Made by a program: the position numbers and the translations under genes
NCBI GenBank assembly: GCA_002772995.1
Contig: PFCO01000008.1
Coordinates: forward strand, 23,150 to 87,149
Length of the DNA stretch: 64,000 bases
Reading direction: 5' to 3'
Source: Candidatus Niyogibacteria bacterium CG10_big_fil_rev_8_21_14_0_10_46_36
GTDB taxonomy: Bacteria > Patescibacteriota > Minisyncoccia > 1-14-0-10-42-19
Shown: piece after piece, positions 17,288 to 25,253 of the stretch
Numbering within the stretch: the stretch's first letter is position 1
Layout: the number at the start of each line of letters is the position of its first letter
Notes under the pieces: model-generated
The model's input: the letters and a program-made list of their open reading frames with translations, nothing else
What the model was told of the DNA's origin: nothing
The model's database searches: none

Positions 17288-18049
17288 ATGTTTGAATTAA
17301 CTAACAGGGTGGCGTTAGTGACAGGAGCGCGTCGAGGTATGGGGCGTACGCATGCGCTTGCGTTGGCGCATCAAGGCGCTTCCGTTGCGGTAACTGACAT
17401 TGATGCGAATGAGTGCATGCCGGTTGTGGAAGAAATAACAAAAGCGGGAGGCAAGGCGGCATGTTTCAAAATGGATGTTTCCAATAAAGCAGAAGTGGAA
17501 GCAGTGTTTGATGATGTTATCAAACAGTTTGGGAGGCTCGATATTTTGGTGAACAATGCGGGTATTTATAAATCGCGCCCCGCGCTAGATATAACGGAAA
17601 AAGAATGGGACCAAATGATAGATATAGATCTCAAGGGGCAATTTTTGTGCGCTCAGCGCGCAGCACGCGAGATGGCAAAAAATTCTTGGGGTAGGATTAT
17701 TAACATTGCCTCAATTGCTTCGGGGCAGACGGGTGTGGGTATTTTGGGTGGCACCCACTATACAGCGGCAAAGGGCGGAGTTATCGGGATGACGGAATCG
17801 CTTGCTATAGAATTTGCGCCATTGGGTATTTTGGTAAACGCTATAGCCCCGGGCGCTATTGATACGCCGATGGTAAATGCAGCAGAGATGCCAAAGGAGG
17901 CAATGGAGGGGCTCATTGCTTCTTTGCCGCTGAAACGGATAGGAAAGTCCGAAGAAGTGTCTGCCGCTGTAGTGTTTTTGGCTTCGGATGAGGCAAGCTA
18001 TATTACCGGTTCTACGATATATGTAGATGGCGGGTGGCTTGCGGCGTAG
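17288..18049 (+). CDS. SDR-family oxidoreductase (FabG-like 3-oxoacyl-ACP reductase family)
   Basis: TGARRGMG Rossmann motif, NNAG, catalytic Y-x3-K (YTAAKGG), PGAIDTPM. Start at ATG 17288 after the upstream stop. Confidence 0.85.
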   Translation: MFELTNRVALVTGARRGMGRTHALALAHQGASVAVTDIDANECMPVVEEITKAGGKAACFKMDVSNKAEVEAVFDDVIKQFGRLDILVNNAGIYKSRPALDITEKEWDQMIDIDLKGQFLCAQRAAREMAKNSWGRIINIASIASGQTGVGILGGTHYTAAKGGVIGMTESLAIEFAPLGILVNAIAPGAIDTPMVNAAEMPKEAMEGLIASLPLKRIGKSEEVSAAVVFLASDEASYITGSTIYVDGGWLAA

Positions 18050-18232
18050 TGTTCAGTTATCCACTTGTAATTTTTGCGGGAAAGAGTACTATGAAGATAG
18101 CAGTACTCTTATATAGGGCGGTTCCGATCAAATAATTTTTTATATGCGTCCAAATCGCGAAAATCCGAGGATTTTATGCCGAGGGCGCACACTATATAAG
18201 AGCGGACTAACTGCCAAAAAGGAGTACTGCAA

Positions 18233-18263
18233 CAAAAAAATCCCACATGCTGGGGATTTTTTT
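18233..18263. terminator. Bidirectional rho-independent terminator (ATCCC-acatgctg-GGGAT, flanked by A-run and T-run)
   Basis: Seen in sequence, downstream of the minus-strand ZIP gene. Confidence 0.75.
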
Positions 18264-18288
18264 GTTTTTAAGATACTGTTTTTAGGAG

Positions 18289-19053
18289 CTACTCAAAGAA
18301 AAGCAAGGAGAACATTGCGGCAATTCCTACGAGGATAAAGAGTATTTCAAGGAGCGATTGTTTTGTGCCGTGCTGCTTATGAAGCTCGGGGATAAGATCT
18401 GCGGTTGCAATATAGATAAAGTTTCCCGCTGCAAGCGCAATGATAAAGGGGAGCAGCGGCTCTATGGTACCCCCAAAGATAACTACAAGAAGAACGCCCG
18501 TTATAGCAACTAGTGCAGAGAGGAAATTAAACCAGAGCGCTTTTGCTTTTGAATATCCTGCGTGAATCAGTATGCCAAAATCCCCGATTTCTTGAGGAAT
18601 TTCATGAAGGATTATCGCAAGTGTTGTCGCAATGCCCACCTCAACACTTATAAGATAGCTTGCGCCGATAATAATGCCGTCTACGAGGTTGTGGAGGCCG
18701 TCCGAAAGCAGAATGAGCCTGCCCACAGGAAGAATGTCTTGGCAGTCTTCGCAATCTGTAGGTTTTTCGTGGTGGTGATGGTGCCAGCCGAGTATTTTTT
18801 CAAATATAAAAAAGAATACAATGCCCGCGATAACGAGAAGCGGAATAAGCGGCGAGCCGCCGCCCGTCTCGAGTGCCTCGGGAATCAGGTGCAAAAAAGC
18901 GTCGCCGAGAAGCGCACCTATCGCAAGCGCGACAAGAAAAAATACCGCTTTGCGTATCTTTTTTTCATCTATTGAGATGATGATAAGTCCGATAAGCGCG
19001 ATAAGGCTTACCGCAAAAACACTTATGAGAGCATAGAATGTGTGTGTTTCCAT
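18289..19053 (-). CDS. ZIP-family divalent metal (zinc) transporter, ZupT-like
   Basis: HHHHHE His-rich loop and HEIPQEIGDFGILI signature of ZIP transporters. Ribosome-binding site AAGAGGA upstream on the minus strand. Confidence 0.85.
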   Translation of the reverse strand: METHTFYALISVFAVSLIALIGLIIISIDEKKIRKAVFFLVALAIGALLGDAFLHLIPEALETGGGSPLIPLLVIAGIVFFFIFEKILGWHHHHHEKPTDCEDCQDILPVGRLILLSDGLHNLVDGIIIGASYLISVEVGIATTLAIILHEIPQEIGDFGILIHAGYSKAKALWFNFLSALVAITGVLLVVIFGGTIEPLLPFIIALAAGNFIYIATADLIPELHKQHGTKQSLLEILFILVGIAAMFSLLFFE

Positions 19054-19133
19054 ATATCCTCTTTTTATATTAAAATGGACCTTTGCATTTGACTATAGCG
19101 CATACGCACACCATGTCAAGTAGATGCGAATTA

Positions 19134-19163
19134 TTTGCATTTATTTTGTGTGTGCGCTATTAT
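19134..19163 (+). promoter_or_regulatory. Candidate promoter TTTGCA-18nt-TATTAT for the small Cys-rich ORF, within the Zur/ZIP divergent region
   Basis: Seen in sequence; weak -35 box. Confidence 0.3.
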
Positions 19164-19192
19164 ATTGAAAATCCCAAACCAAGGAGGTATAT

Positions 19193-19381
19193 ATGAGCAA
19201 GACCACTGATGGCCTGAGTGTTTTTTTGTGCCATACGGGGAGTTGTTGTGCGAGCATCAGTTCCACAGAAGACGGAGGTATGCGTATTGAGGATGCTGAT
19301 AAGCCAGAACGCGGCGGTATCACTCTTACCCGGGATGAGGTTGCGGAGCTTAAGCGAGCAATACAGAACGGCAATATATAG
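19193..19381 (+). CDS. Small Cys/His-containing protein (62 aa), stand-alone unit in the Zur/ZIP locus
   Basis: Strong ribosome-binding site AAGGAGG 5 nt before ATG and its own terminator hairpin at 19394-19417. N-terminal motif FLCHTGSCC resembles the second small ORF at 21654. Confidence 0.55.
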   Translation: MSKTTDGLSVFLCHTGSCCASISSTEDGGMRIEDADKPERGGITLTRDEVAELKRAIQNGNI

Positions 19382-19390
19382 TTCTTTTAT

Positions 19391-19417
19391 AAGGCCGCGC
19401 ACGAACGCGGCTTTATT
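19391..19417 (+). terminator. Rho-independent terminator (GCCGCG-cacgaa-CGCGGC, then TTTATT)
   Basis: Seen in sequence. Confidence 0.7.
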
Positions 19418-19433
19418 GTGACATTGTGTGGGA

Positions 19434-19439
19434 TATAAT
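19434..19439 (+). promoter_or_regulatory. TATAAT -10 hexamer 6 nt upstream of the Fur-family ATG, implying a leaderless mRNA
   Basis: Seen in sequence: ggaTATAATggtcgtATG. Confidence 0.4.
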
Positions 19440-19445
19440 GGTCGT

Positions 19446-19865
19446 ATGAAGCAAAAAAAAGAAAAATTTAAAACAATACTTCATGATGCGGGTTATAGAG
19501 TTACGGCAGAGAGAATGGCGACGCTCCTGCTTCTTTCTCGTTCAAAAAAGCCCCTTTCCGTGCATGATATCGCGCGCGTATTGCGAAGCGTGCTTGACCA
19601 AGCGACAGCATACCGCATACTTCGATTATTTGAGCGATCAGGAATTGTCCGGCGTGTTGAATTTGGTAAAGGACGCGTGTATTACGAAATAGCTGATGCG
19701 AAAGACCATCACCATATCGTATGCACTGAATGCGGTGCTATAGAGGATTTTGAAGGATGTACCGCAGAACGCATAGAAAAAGAGGCGCTTAAACAATCAA
19801 GGCGCTTTTCTTCCGTGCGGAAACACTCGTTAGAATTATTCGGCGTTTGCAAATCATGCGCATAA
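19446..19865 (+). CDS. zur: Fur-family metalloregulator, probably Zur
   Basis: Fur-family winged-helix N-terminus with a C-terminal HHHIVCTECG...C metal site. Divergent from a ZIP zinc transporter, which suggests Zur. Confidence 0.8.
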   Translation: MKQKKEKFKTILHDAGYRVTAERMATLLLLSRSKKPLSVHDIARVLRSVLDQATAYRILRLFERSGIVRRVEFGKGRVYYEIADAKDHHHIVCTECGAIEDFEGCTAERIEKEALKQSRRFSSVRKHSLELFGVCKSCA

Positions 19866-20977
19866 ATGCACGCATTATATTGCATATGTGGTGTGCCGGT
19901 CTTTTTATTCTAGGGCCTGTATTTGTTTTGGCTCAAGAACAAGCAATTCCCGAAATGTTTCGATTGAAAGTGCTGGATATTACTCAGGAAGGAGAACGCC
20001 CCATTATCGGGACGGACGCCAAAGCGTTTTTTCAAAATATACGAGGCGAAGTTCTTTCGGGCGAGAAAAAAGGCGATACTATAGAACTTGAAAACGATAG
20101 GATGCGTCTTCGTGTGGGAGATACTATATTTGTGCGCGCGTTGGAAGCGCCCACCGGGGAAACATTTTATACTGTGGATGACGTCGATAGGCGCAATTCT
20201 TTGTTCTTTTTTGTAGGATTATTTATGTTGCTTGTGATCGTATTCGGGGGGAAGCAAGGCATCCGCGCGCTTATGAGTCTTGCCGGCAGTTTTTTTGTTA
20301 TTTTTTATTTTTTGCTTCCGTCTATTCTTTCGGGCGTATCGCCACTCTTGGTGAGCGCAGGTGTTTCTATTGTTATTCTGGTGATCGCTATTTATTTTAC
20401 TCATGGCTTGACGCGCACATCAACAGCGGCACTCCTCGGTACCATTGTTACTATTTGTGTTACCGTGCTTTTAGCGCTCATTTCGGTACGGGCAACCCGT
20501 TTATCCGGTTTTACCGATGACACAAGTGTTTTTTTGAATTTTAATACCGCGGGCGCTTTGGATTTTCAGGGATTATTACTGGGAGCCATTATTATTGGTG
20601 TTTTGGGACTTCTTGATGATATAGCAATAACGCAAGCGGCTGCGGTAAAAGAGATTTTTCATGTGGACGCCTCGCTTTCGCGGAAAGATGTGTATGCTCG
20701 CGCGCTTCGTATAGGCAAGGAGCATGTAGGAGCGTTAGTGAATACGCTTGCACTTGCGTATACGGGCGCGGCACTTCCGTTATTGCTTCTCTTTTATGGA
20801 TCTGAAGCATCTGTTTTTTTGATAATAAATAGAGAAATATTTGCATCAGAAATTATCCGCACTATGGTAGGAAGTATTGGCATTATTCTTGCGGTGCCCA
20901 TTACTACGGGTCTTGCGGTATTATTTTTGGTGCAGAAAAAAAGAAGGGATCCGGAAAAAGGAAACATCTGTGCTTGA
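19856..20977 (+). CDS. YibE/F-like polytopic membrane protein
   Basis: N-terminal TM helix, extracytoplasmic segment of about 100 aa, then 6 TM helices. Resemblance to the YibE/F family is from memory only. Start is ambiguous (19847 or 19856) and overlaps the zur stop. Confidence 0.55.
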   Translation: MRINARIILHMWCAGLFILGPVFVLAQEQAIPEMFRLKVLDITQEGERPIIGTDAKAFFQNIRGEVLSGEKKGDTIELENDRMRLRVGDTIFVRALEAPTGETFYTVDDVDRRNSLFFFVGLFMLLVIVFGGKQGIRALMSLAGSFFVIFYFLLPSILSGVSPLLVSAGVSIVILVIAIYFTHGLTRTSTAALLGTIVTICVTVLLALISVRATRLSGFTDDTSVFLNFNTAGALDFQGLLLGAIIIGVLGLLDDIAITQAAAVKEIFHVDASLSRKDVYARALRIGKEHVGALVNTLALAYTGAALPLLLLFYGSEASVFLIINREIFASEIIRTMVGSIGIILAVPITTGLAVLFLVQKKRRDPEKGNICA

Positions 20978-21071
20978 AGAGAAAAAGAATATGTTTTTCA
21001 AGTAACTATTTTTTAAGTCCTCCATGGGGGACTTTTTTATTTTCTCCAACATTTGATTCTTAGGGAGATAA

Positions 21072-21551
21072 ATGCTATATTTTCCAAAGTTCTTCCACAG
21101 GAGGTTTTTGATGCAGAAAACAAACAAGGCGTTTTTGTTCTTTGTTCTGTTAATTGGATTTCTTTTCGTGGGATTTTCTAGCGGAGCCGATGAAACGCCG
21201 ATATTGCCTGATTATACTGACGCGCCATTTCAGTTTGTGGCGGACAATGTGACAGGAAGCTCTGTTTTTCATCCGGAACAAGCGTTAACGAGGATCGAAT
21301 GGTATGACACCGGAAATATTCAGCGGCCTGATATGGTAGCAGAGCCGAGCATGAACCATTTTGTCAGAGAAACCGTGTTCATATATACGCGAGAGAACGG
21401 CGTGCGTTATGCGGAATGGATACATCGCAGTACCGCTGTGTATAGGTATGCTTTTGTCCGGCGGACCAGAATCTACGGCTTCGTATGGGATAGCGCGAGA
21501 AATATGTTTATTTTTGACAAAAAGAAGGAGTTCAACTCATCCACGTATTAG
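21072..21551 (+). CDS. Hypothetical secreted protein (159 aa)
   Basis: Signal-like N-terminus; terminator at 21568-21600. Confidence 0.6.
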   Translation: MLYFPKFFHRRFLMQKTNKAFLFFVLLIGFLFVGFSSGADETPILPDYTDAPFQFVADNVTGSSVFHPEQALTRIEWYDTGNIQRPDMVAEPSMNHFVRETVFIYTRENGVRYAEWIHRSTAVYRYAFVRRTRIYGFVWDSARNMFIFDKKKEFNSSTY

Positions 21552-21567
21552 AAAAAAACTAAAATTC

Positions 21568-21600
21568 AAAAGCTCCCGCCAAGGAGCTTTTATTATTTTT
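21568..21600 (+). terminator. Rho-independent terminator (AAGCTCC-cgccaa-GGAGCTT, then TTTTATTATTTTT)
   Basis: Seen in sequence. Confidence 0.8.
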
Positions 21601-21653
21601 GTTATGGTACACTATAAAAATACGATCCGATTATTATTTGTTATAAGAATACT

Positions 21654-21857
21654 ATGGAACATTTTGTTTGTACTGGTGGCTGTGGGGGTATATCGGGCAC
21701 TCCAGGCGTCTGTCAGACAGAAAGCTGCCCGCATCACAAACATTCTCTTGAATCCTGTTCGTGCACCGATGGGAGCCATGACGATGTCAAAAGAAAGGCA
21801 GAATTGGAAGAGCTGAAACAAACGGAAGAGGGGTACAGGAATGCTGACGGCGTATGA
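21654..21857 (+). CDS. Small Cys-rich putative metal-binding protein (67 aa; 7 Cys, 4 His)
   Basis: MEHFVCTGGCGGISGTPGVCQTESCPHHKHSLESCSC...; the stop overlaps the uppP start (ATGA). No clear ribosome-binding site. Shares the F-[LV]-C-x-T-G-[SG]-C motif with ORF 19193. Confidence 0.4.
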   Translation: MEHFVCTGGCGGISGTPGVCQTESCPHHKHSLESCSCTDGSHDDVKRKAELEELKQTEEGYRNADGV

Positions 21858-22654
21858 TTGAATCAGTTGTTCTGGGACTGCTGCAAGGCTTTGCAGAATG
21901 GCTTCCGATAAGCTCGGAAGGACTTTTGGTACTTGCGCAAGTAAATCTATTTGGCGAAACATCGATTATCCATGCCGTTGAGCTTTCACTTTTTTTACAC
22001 TTAGGGACATTTTTTGCAGCTCTCATATATTTCCGGAAAGATGTTAGGCGTATTATACTGAATTTATTTTCTTACTCGCGTATTGATAATGTATCCCGCA
22101 GAGAGATCCGGTTTTATGCTGTTGCAACATTGGTGAGTGGCGTGTTGGGCTTTTCTCTCTTGTTTATTGTTTCTCGCGCGCTCGGTGAAGTAAGCTCTTT
22201 TGAGTTTGTGGGGAAGATAATCACTGGCGGTATTGCGGCATTGCTTTTTATTACCGCAGGATTAGGATTTTTACGCAAGGTAAAAGGAACGCGCACTAAG
22301 GAATTTCTTTCGCTGGGGGATGGTATTATTCTCGGGATTGTCCAAGGGTGTTCAGCGCTCCCCGGACTTTCCCGTTCAGGAACAACTGTTGCAGCATTTT
22401 TGCTCCGTGCATTCGATGATGCGTCTGCGCTGCGGTTGAGCTTTATTATGAGTTTGCCCATAGTGCTTGGAGGAAACATTGTTTTGCAGGTGAGTTCTTT
22501 CTCGGTAAGCGCTGAATTGTTTATGGGTCTTATTGCTGCGTTTGTGTCGGGATTTGTTACGATACATATCTTATTGCGTATTGCCCGAAGGGTGCAATTT
22601 TCTTGGTTTGTGCTTTTCTTTGCCGTGCTTACTGTGGCATCGCTCTTTCTTTGA
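21854..22654 (+). CDS. uppP: Undecaprenyl-diphosphatase UppP (BacA)
   Basis: GLLQGFAEWLPISSEGLLVLA and PGLSRSGTTVAAFL are conserved BacA motifs. Confidence 0.9.
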   Translation: MIESVVLGLLQGFAEWLPISSEGLLVLAQVNLFGETSIIHAVELSLFLHLGTFFAALIYFRKDVRRIILNLFSYSRIDNVSRREIRFYAVATLVSGVLGFSLLFIVSRALGEVSSFEFVGKIITGGIAALLFITAGLGFLRKVKGTRTKEFLSLGDGIILGIVQGCSALPGLSRSGTTVAAFLLRAFDDASALRLSFIMSLPIVLGGNIVLQVSSFSVSAELFMGLIAAFVSGFVTIHILLRIARRVQFSWFVLFFAVLTVASLFL

Positions 22655-22705
22655 AACGTACATTTCCTACTTGTATGATTTTTAGGAACATACTATTATA
22701 CAAGT

Positions 22706-22960
22706 ATGATGCGTAAACACGGAAAGGGGAATCATTTTTTCTTCGGTACTACCACCATGGGTGAAAAGGGCCAGGTTGTTGTTCCTGCGAAAGCCCGCAA
22801 AGCGATGGAGCTTAAAAAGGGAGAAAAACTTCTTGTGTTCGGCACGGGGCATGACATGCTCGCGTTCACTAAGCTTTCTCATATTGAAGAGTTTGCGGCA
22901 CACCTCTCAAAGCGTTTGGGCGCTATCCGCTCGATCGTAAGAAAAACAAGATCAAAGTAA
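22706..22960 (+). CDS. AbrB/MazE/SpoVT-family small DNA-binding protein
   Basis: GQVVVPAKARKAMELKKGEKLLV matches the swapped-hairpin AbrB-type domain. The stop overlaps the HlyD start (TAATG). Confidence 0.7.
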   Translation: MMRKHGKGNHFFFGTTTMGEKGQVVVPAKARKAMELKKGEKLLVFGTGHDMLAFTKLSHIEEFAAHLSKRLGAIRSIVRKTRSK

Positions 22961-24537
22961 TGCATTATCCTTCTATGTTGATTTTTTCTTTTGTACGAAG
23001 ACATATAATAGTGAGCATCATTATTGCCGTAGTTGTTATCGGCGGCGGTTTTTTGATATTTGGTGGCGGAGACAAATCTACAATCGATTTTGCTGAGGTT
23101 CTTCGCCGCGATCTCGTGCAAGAAGTAAGCGTTACCGGCAACGCGGAACCCGCGCATGCAGTTGATCTTGCGTTTGAGCGCACGGGAAGGGTGGCGCGTA
23201 TTTATGTTAGTGTCGGAGAAGAGGTATCCGCGGGCGCATCGTTGGTTGCGCTTGAAAATAGCGATATAGTTGCGCAATTACGGGATGCGGAGGCTCGGGT
23301 GAGCATTGAACAAGCGGTGCTCGATGAACTTTTGCGCGGGACTCGTCAGGAAGAGGTCCGGGCGCAGGAGATCAAGGTAGAAAACGCACAAACAACGCTT
23401 AATGACGCAAAGAAAAACCTGGTTGATGTTATTCTCGATGCATTTACAAAGGGGGATGATGCGATACGCAATAAGCTTGATCAAATTTTCGTAAATCCTC
23501 AGGGAGGAAATTATAATATTCATTTTACGGTTAACAATCCTCAGCTTGAAAGCGACATTGAAACAGGGCGTGCCTCCATAGAAACAACTCTTGATGCATG
23601 GCAGGTCTCGCTTGCCGGATTGTCAGCGCAAAACGATCCATCCTCTTTTTACGCGATAGCAAAAACAAATATTACCGACATCCGTTCTTTGTTGGACAAA
23701 GCGGCGCTTGTCGTAAATCAGACACAGGCAGGACCCACTATCTCGCAAGCAACGCTTGACGGGTATAAAACGGACATAGCTGCGGCGCGTACTGTGGTCA
23801 ATACTGCCTCGTCAAACCTTTCTTCGGCTCAGGAAAAATTACAAAATGCGATATCCTCTCTTTCATATGAAGAACAGCAGCTTATAGTCAAAACAGCAGG
23901 GGCTACGTCGGAAGCTATTCGCGTACAAGAAGCAAAATTAGACCAGGCAGAAGCAGCGGTAATCGCGCGGCAAGCAGATCTCGCAAAAACCATATTGCGC
24001 TCGCCGCTTCACGGCATTATCACCAAGCAAGACACAGAGGTAGGCCAGATTGTTACCGCGGGGCCCCACGTTGTTTCGCTGATATCCGAATCGGAATTCG
24101 AAATAAAAGTGAATATTCCGGAAACTGATATTACAAACGTGAAGATAGGGAATAGCGCGCGGGTGACTCTTGATGCCTATGGAAAAGAAGAAGAATTTGG
24201 CGCACATGTTGTTATGATAGACCCGGCGGAAACGGTCATCGAAGGAGTGGTGACATACAAAACAACGCTTCAATTTGATGAACGGGATGAACGCATAAAA
24301 CCGGGCATGACCGCGAATGTTGATATTTTAACTGCGGAACGGAAAAACGTGCTTGTTATCCCCACACGATCCGTTTCTACGAAGAACGGGACTCAATTTG
24401 TACGCGTCCTCCACGAGGACGGTTCTATAGAGGAGCGCGCCATAGAAACGGGTCTTCGCGGATCATTTGGCGATATAGAAGTGACAAGTGGGCTTAAGGA
24501 AGAGGAGAAGATCGTCACTTTCTTTGACGAAGAGTAG
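22960..24537 (+). CDS. HlyD-family periplasmic adaptor (membrane fusion protein, MacA-like)
   Basis: N-terminal TM helix, long coiled-coil region and C-terminal beta-barrel motifs; immediately followed by ABC ATPase and FtsX permease genes. Confidence 0.85.
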   Translation: MHYPSMLIFSFVRRHIIVSIIIAVVVIGGGFLIFGGGDKSTIDFAEVLRRDLVQEVSVTGNAEPAHAVDLAFERTGRVARIYVSVGEEVSAGASLVALENSDIVAQLRDAEARVSIEQAVLDELLRGTRQEEVRAQEIKVENAQTTLNDAKKNLVDVILDAFTKGDDAIRNKLDQIFVNPQGGNYNIHFTVNNPQLESDIETGRASIETTLDAWQVSLAGLSAQNDPSSFYAIAKTNITDIRSLLDKAALVVNQTQAGPTISQATLDGYKTDIAAARTVVNTASSNLSSAQEKLQNAISSLSYEEQQLIVKTAGATSEAIRVQEAKLDQAEAAVIARQADLAKTILRSPLHGIITKQDTEVGQIVTAGPHVVSLISESEFEIKVNIPETDITNVKIGNSARVTLDAYGKEEEFGAHVVMIDPAETVIEGVVTYKTTLQFDERDERIKPGMTANVDILTAERKNVLVIPTRSVSTKNGTQFVRVLHEDGSIEERAIETGLRGSFGDIEVTSGLKEEEKIVTFFDEE

Positions 24538-24538
24538 T

Positions 24539-25249
24539 ATGGCTTTTATTGAGCTTAAAAATATAGCAAAAGAATATTCGGACGGAACCCGGGCTTTGCG
24601 CGGGGTTTCTTTTGATGTGGATGAAGGCGAATTTGTGGGGATTATGGGGCCTTCCGGATCGGGGAAATCTACGCTTTTACACATCCTCGGATTTTTGGAT
24701 ACGCAATCAAAAGGGACTTACACATTTGAACGCAAGACGTTTGATGATTACGGCCCGGAGGGCATTGCGCGGCTGCGTAATGAAAAAATGGGATTCGTGT
24801 TCCAGATGTTTAATTTGCTTTCCCGCGCGAGCGTATTGGAGAACGTAAAACTTCCCCTCACATATTCTTCGGTGCCGTCATCAGAGTGGGACAAGCGGGC
24901 GCTTGAAGCGATTGAATCAGTAGGGCTCGCGCATCGCGTGGAACATGAGCCATCAGAACTTTCTGGGGGGGAAAAACAACGCGTTGCTATAGCCCGCGCG
25001 CTGGTTAATAATCCCGAGATTATTTTTGCCGATGAACCGACTGGTAACCTGGATTCGAAATCAGGGAAGGCGGTCATGGAGATTTTGCAGGAGCTGAATG
25101 AAAAAAGGGGCCATACGGTATTTTTAATAACGCACGAAACATATACCGCGGAACACGCAAAACGGATCATTACCATTCGCGATGGCGAGATAGCAAGTGA
25201 CTTTGAAGTGAAAAAACGCAGATGGGCCCGCGATCATTTTGCAAAGTAA
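24539..25249 (+). CDS. ABC transporter ATP-binding protein (MacB/LolD-type)
   Basis: Walker A GPSGSGKST, ABC signature LSGGEKQRVAIARA, Walker B IIFADEPTG. ATG 24539 is 2 nt after the HlyD stop. Confidence 0.9.
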   Translation: MAFIELKNIAKEYSDGTRALRGVSFDVDEGEFVGIMGPSGSGKSTLLHILGFLDTQSKGTYTFERKTFDDYGPEGIARLRNEKMGFVFQMFNLLSRASVLENVKLPLTYSSVPSSEWDKRALEAIESVGLAHRVEHEPSELSGGEKQRVAIARALVNNPEIIFADEPTGNLDSKSGKAVMEILQELNEKRGHTVFLITHETYTAEHAKRIITIRDGEIASDFEVKKRRWARDHFAK

Positions 25250-25253
25250 TAGT

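Noticed and set aside
18144-18338. 64-aa ORF in the SDR/ZIP intergenic region
   Set aside because: Arg/Lys-rich low-complexity translation. It runs through the bidirectional terminator hairpin at 18233-18263 and into the ZIP gene's 3-prime end on the opposite strand. No ribosome-binding site.
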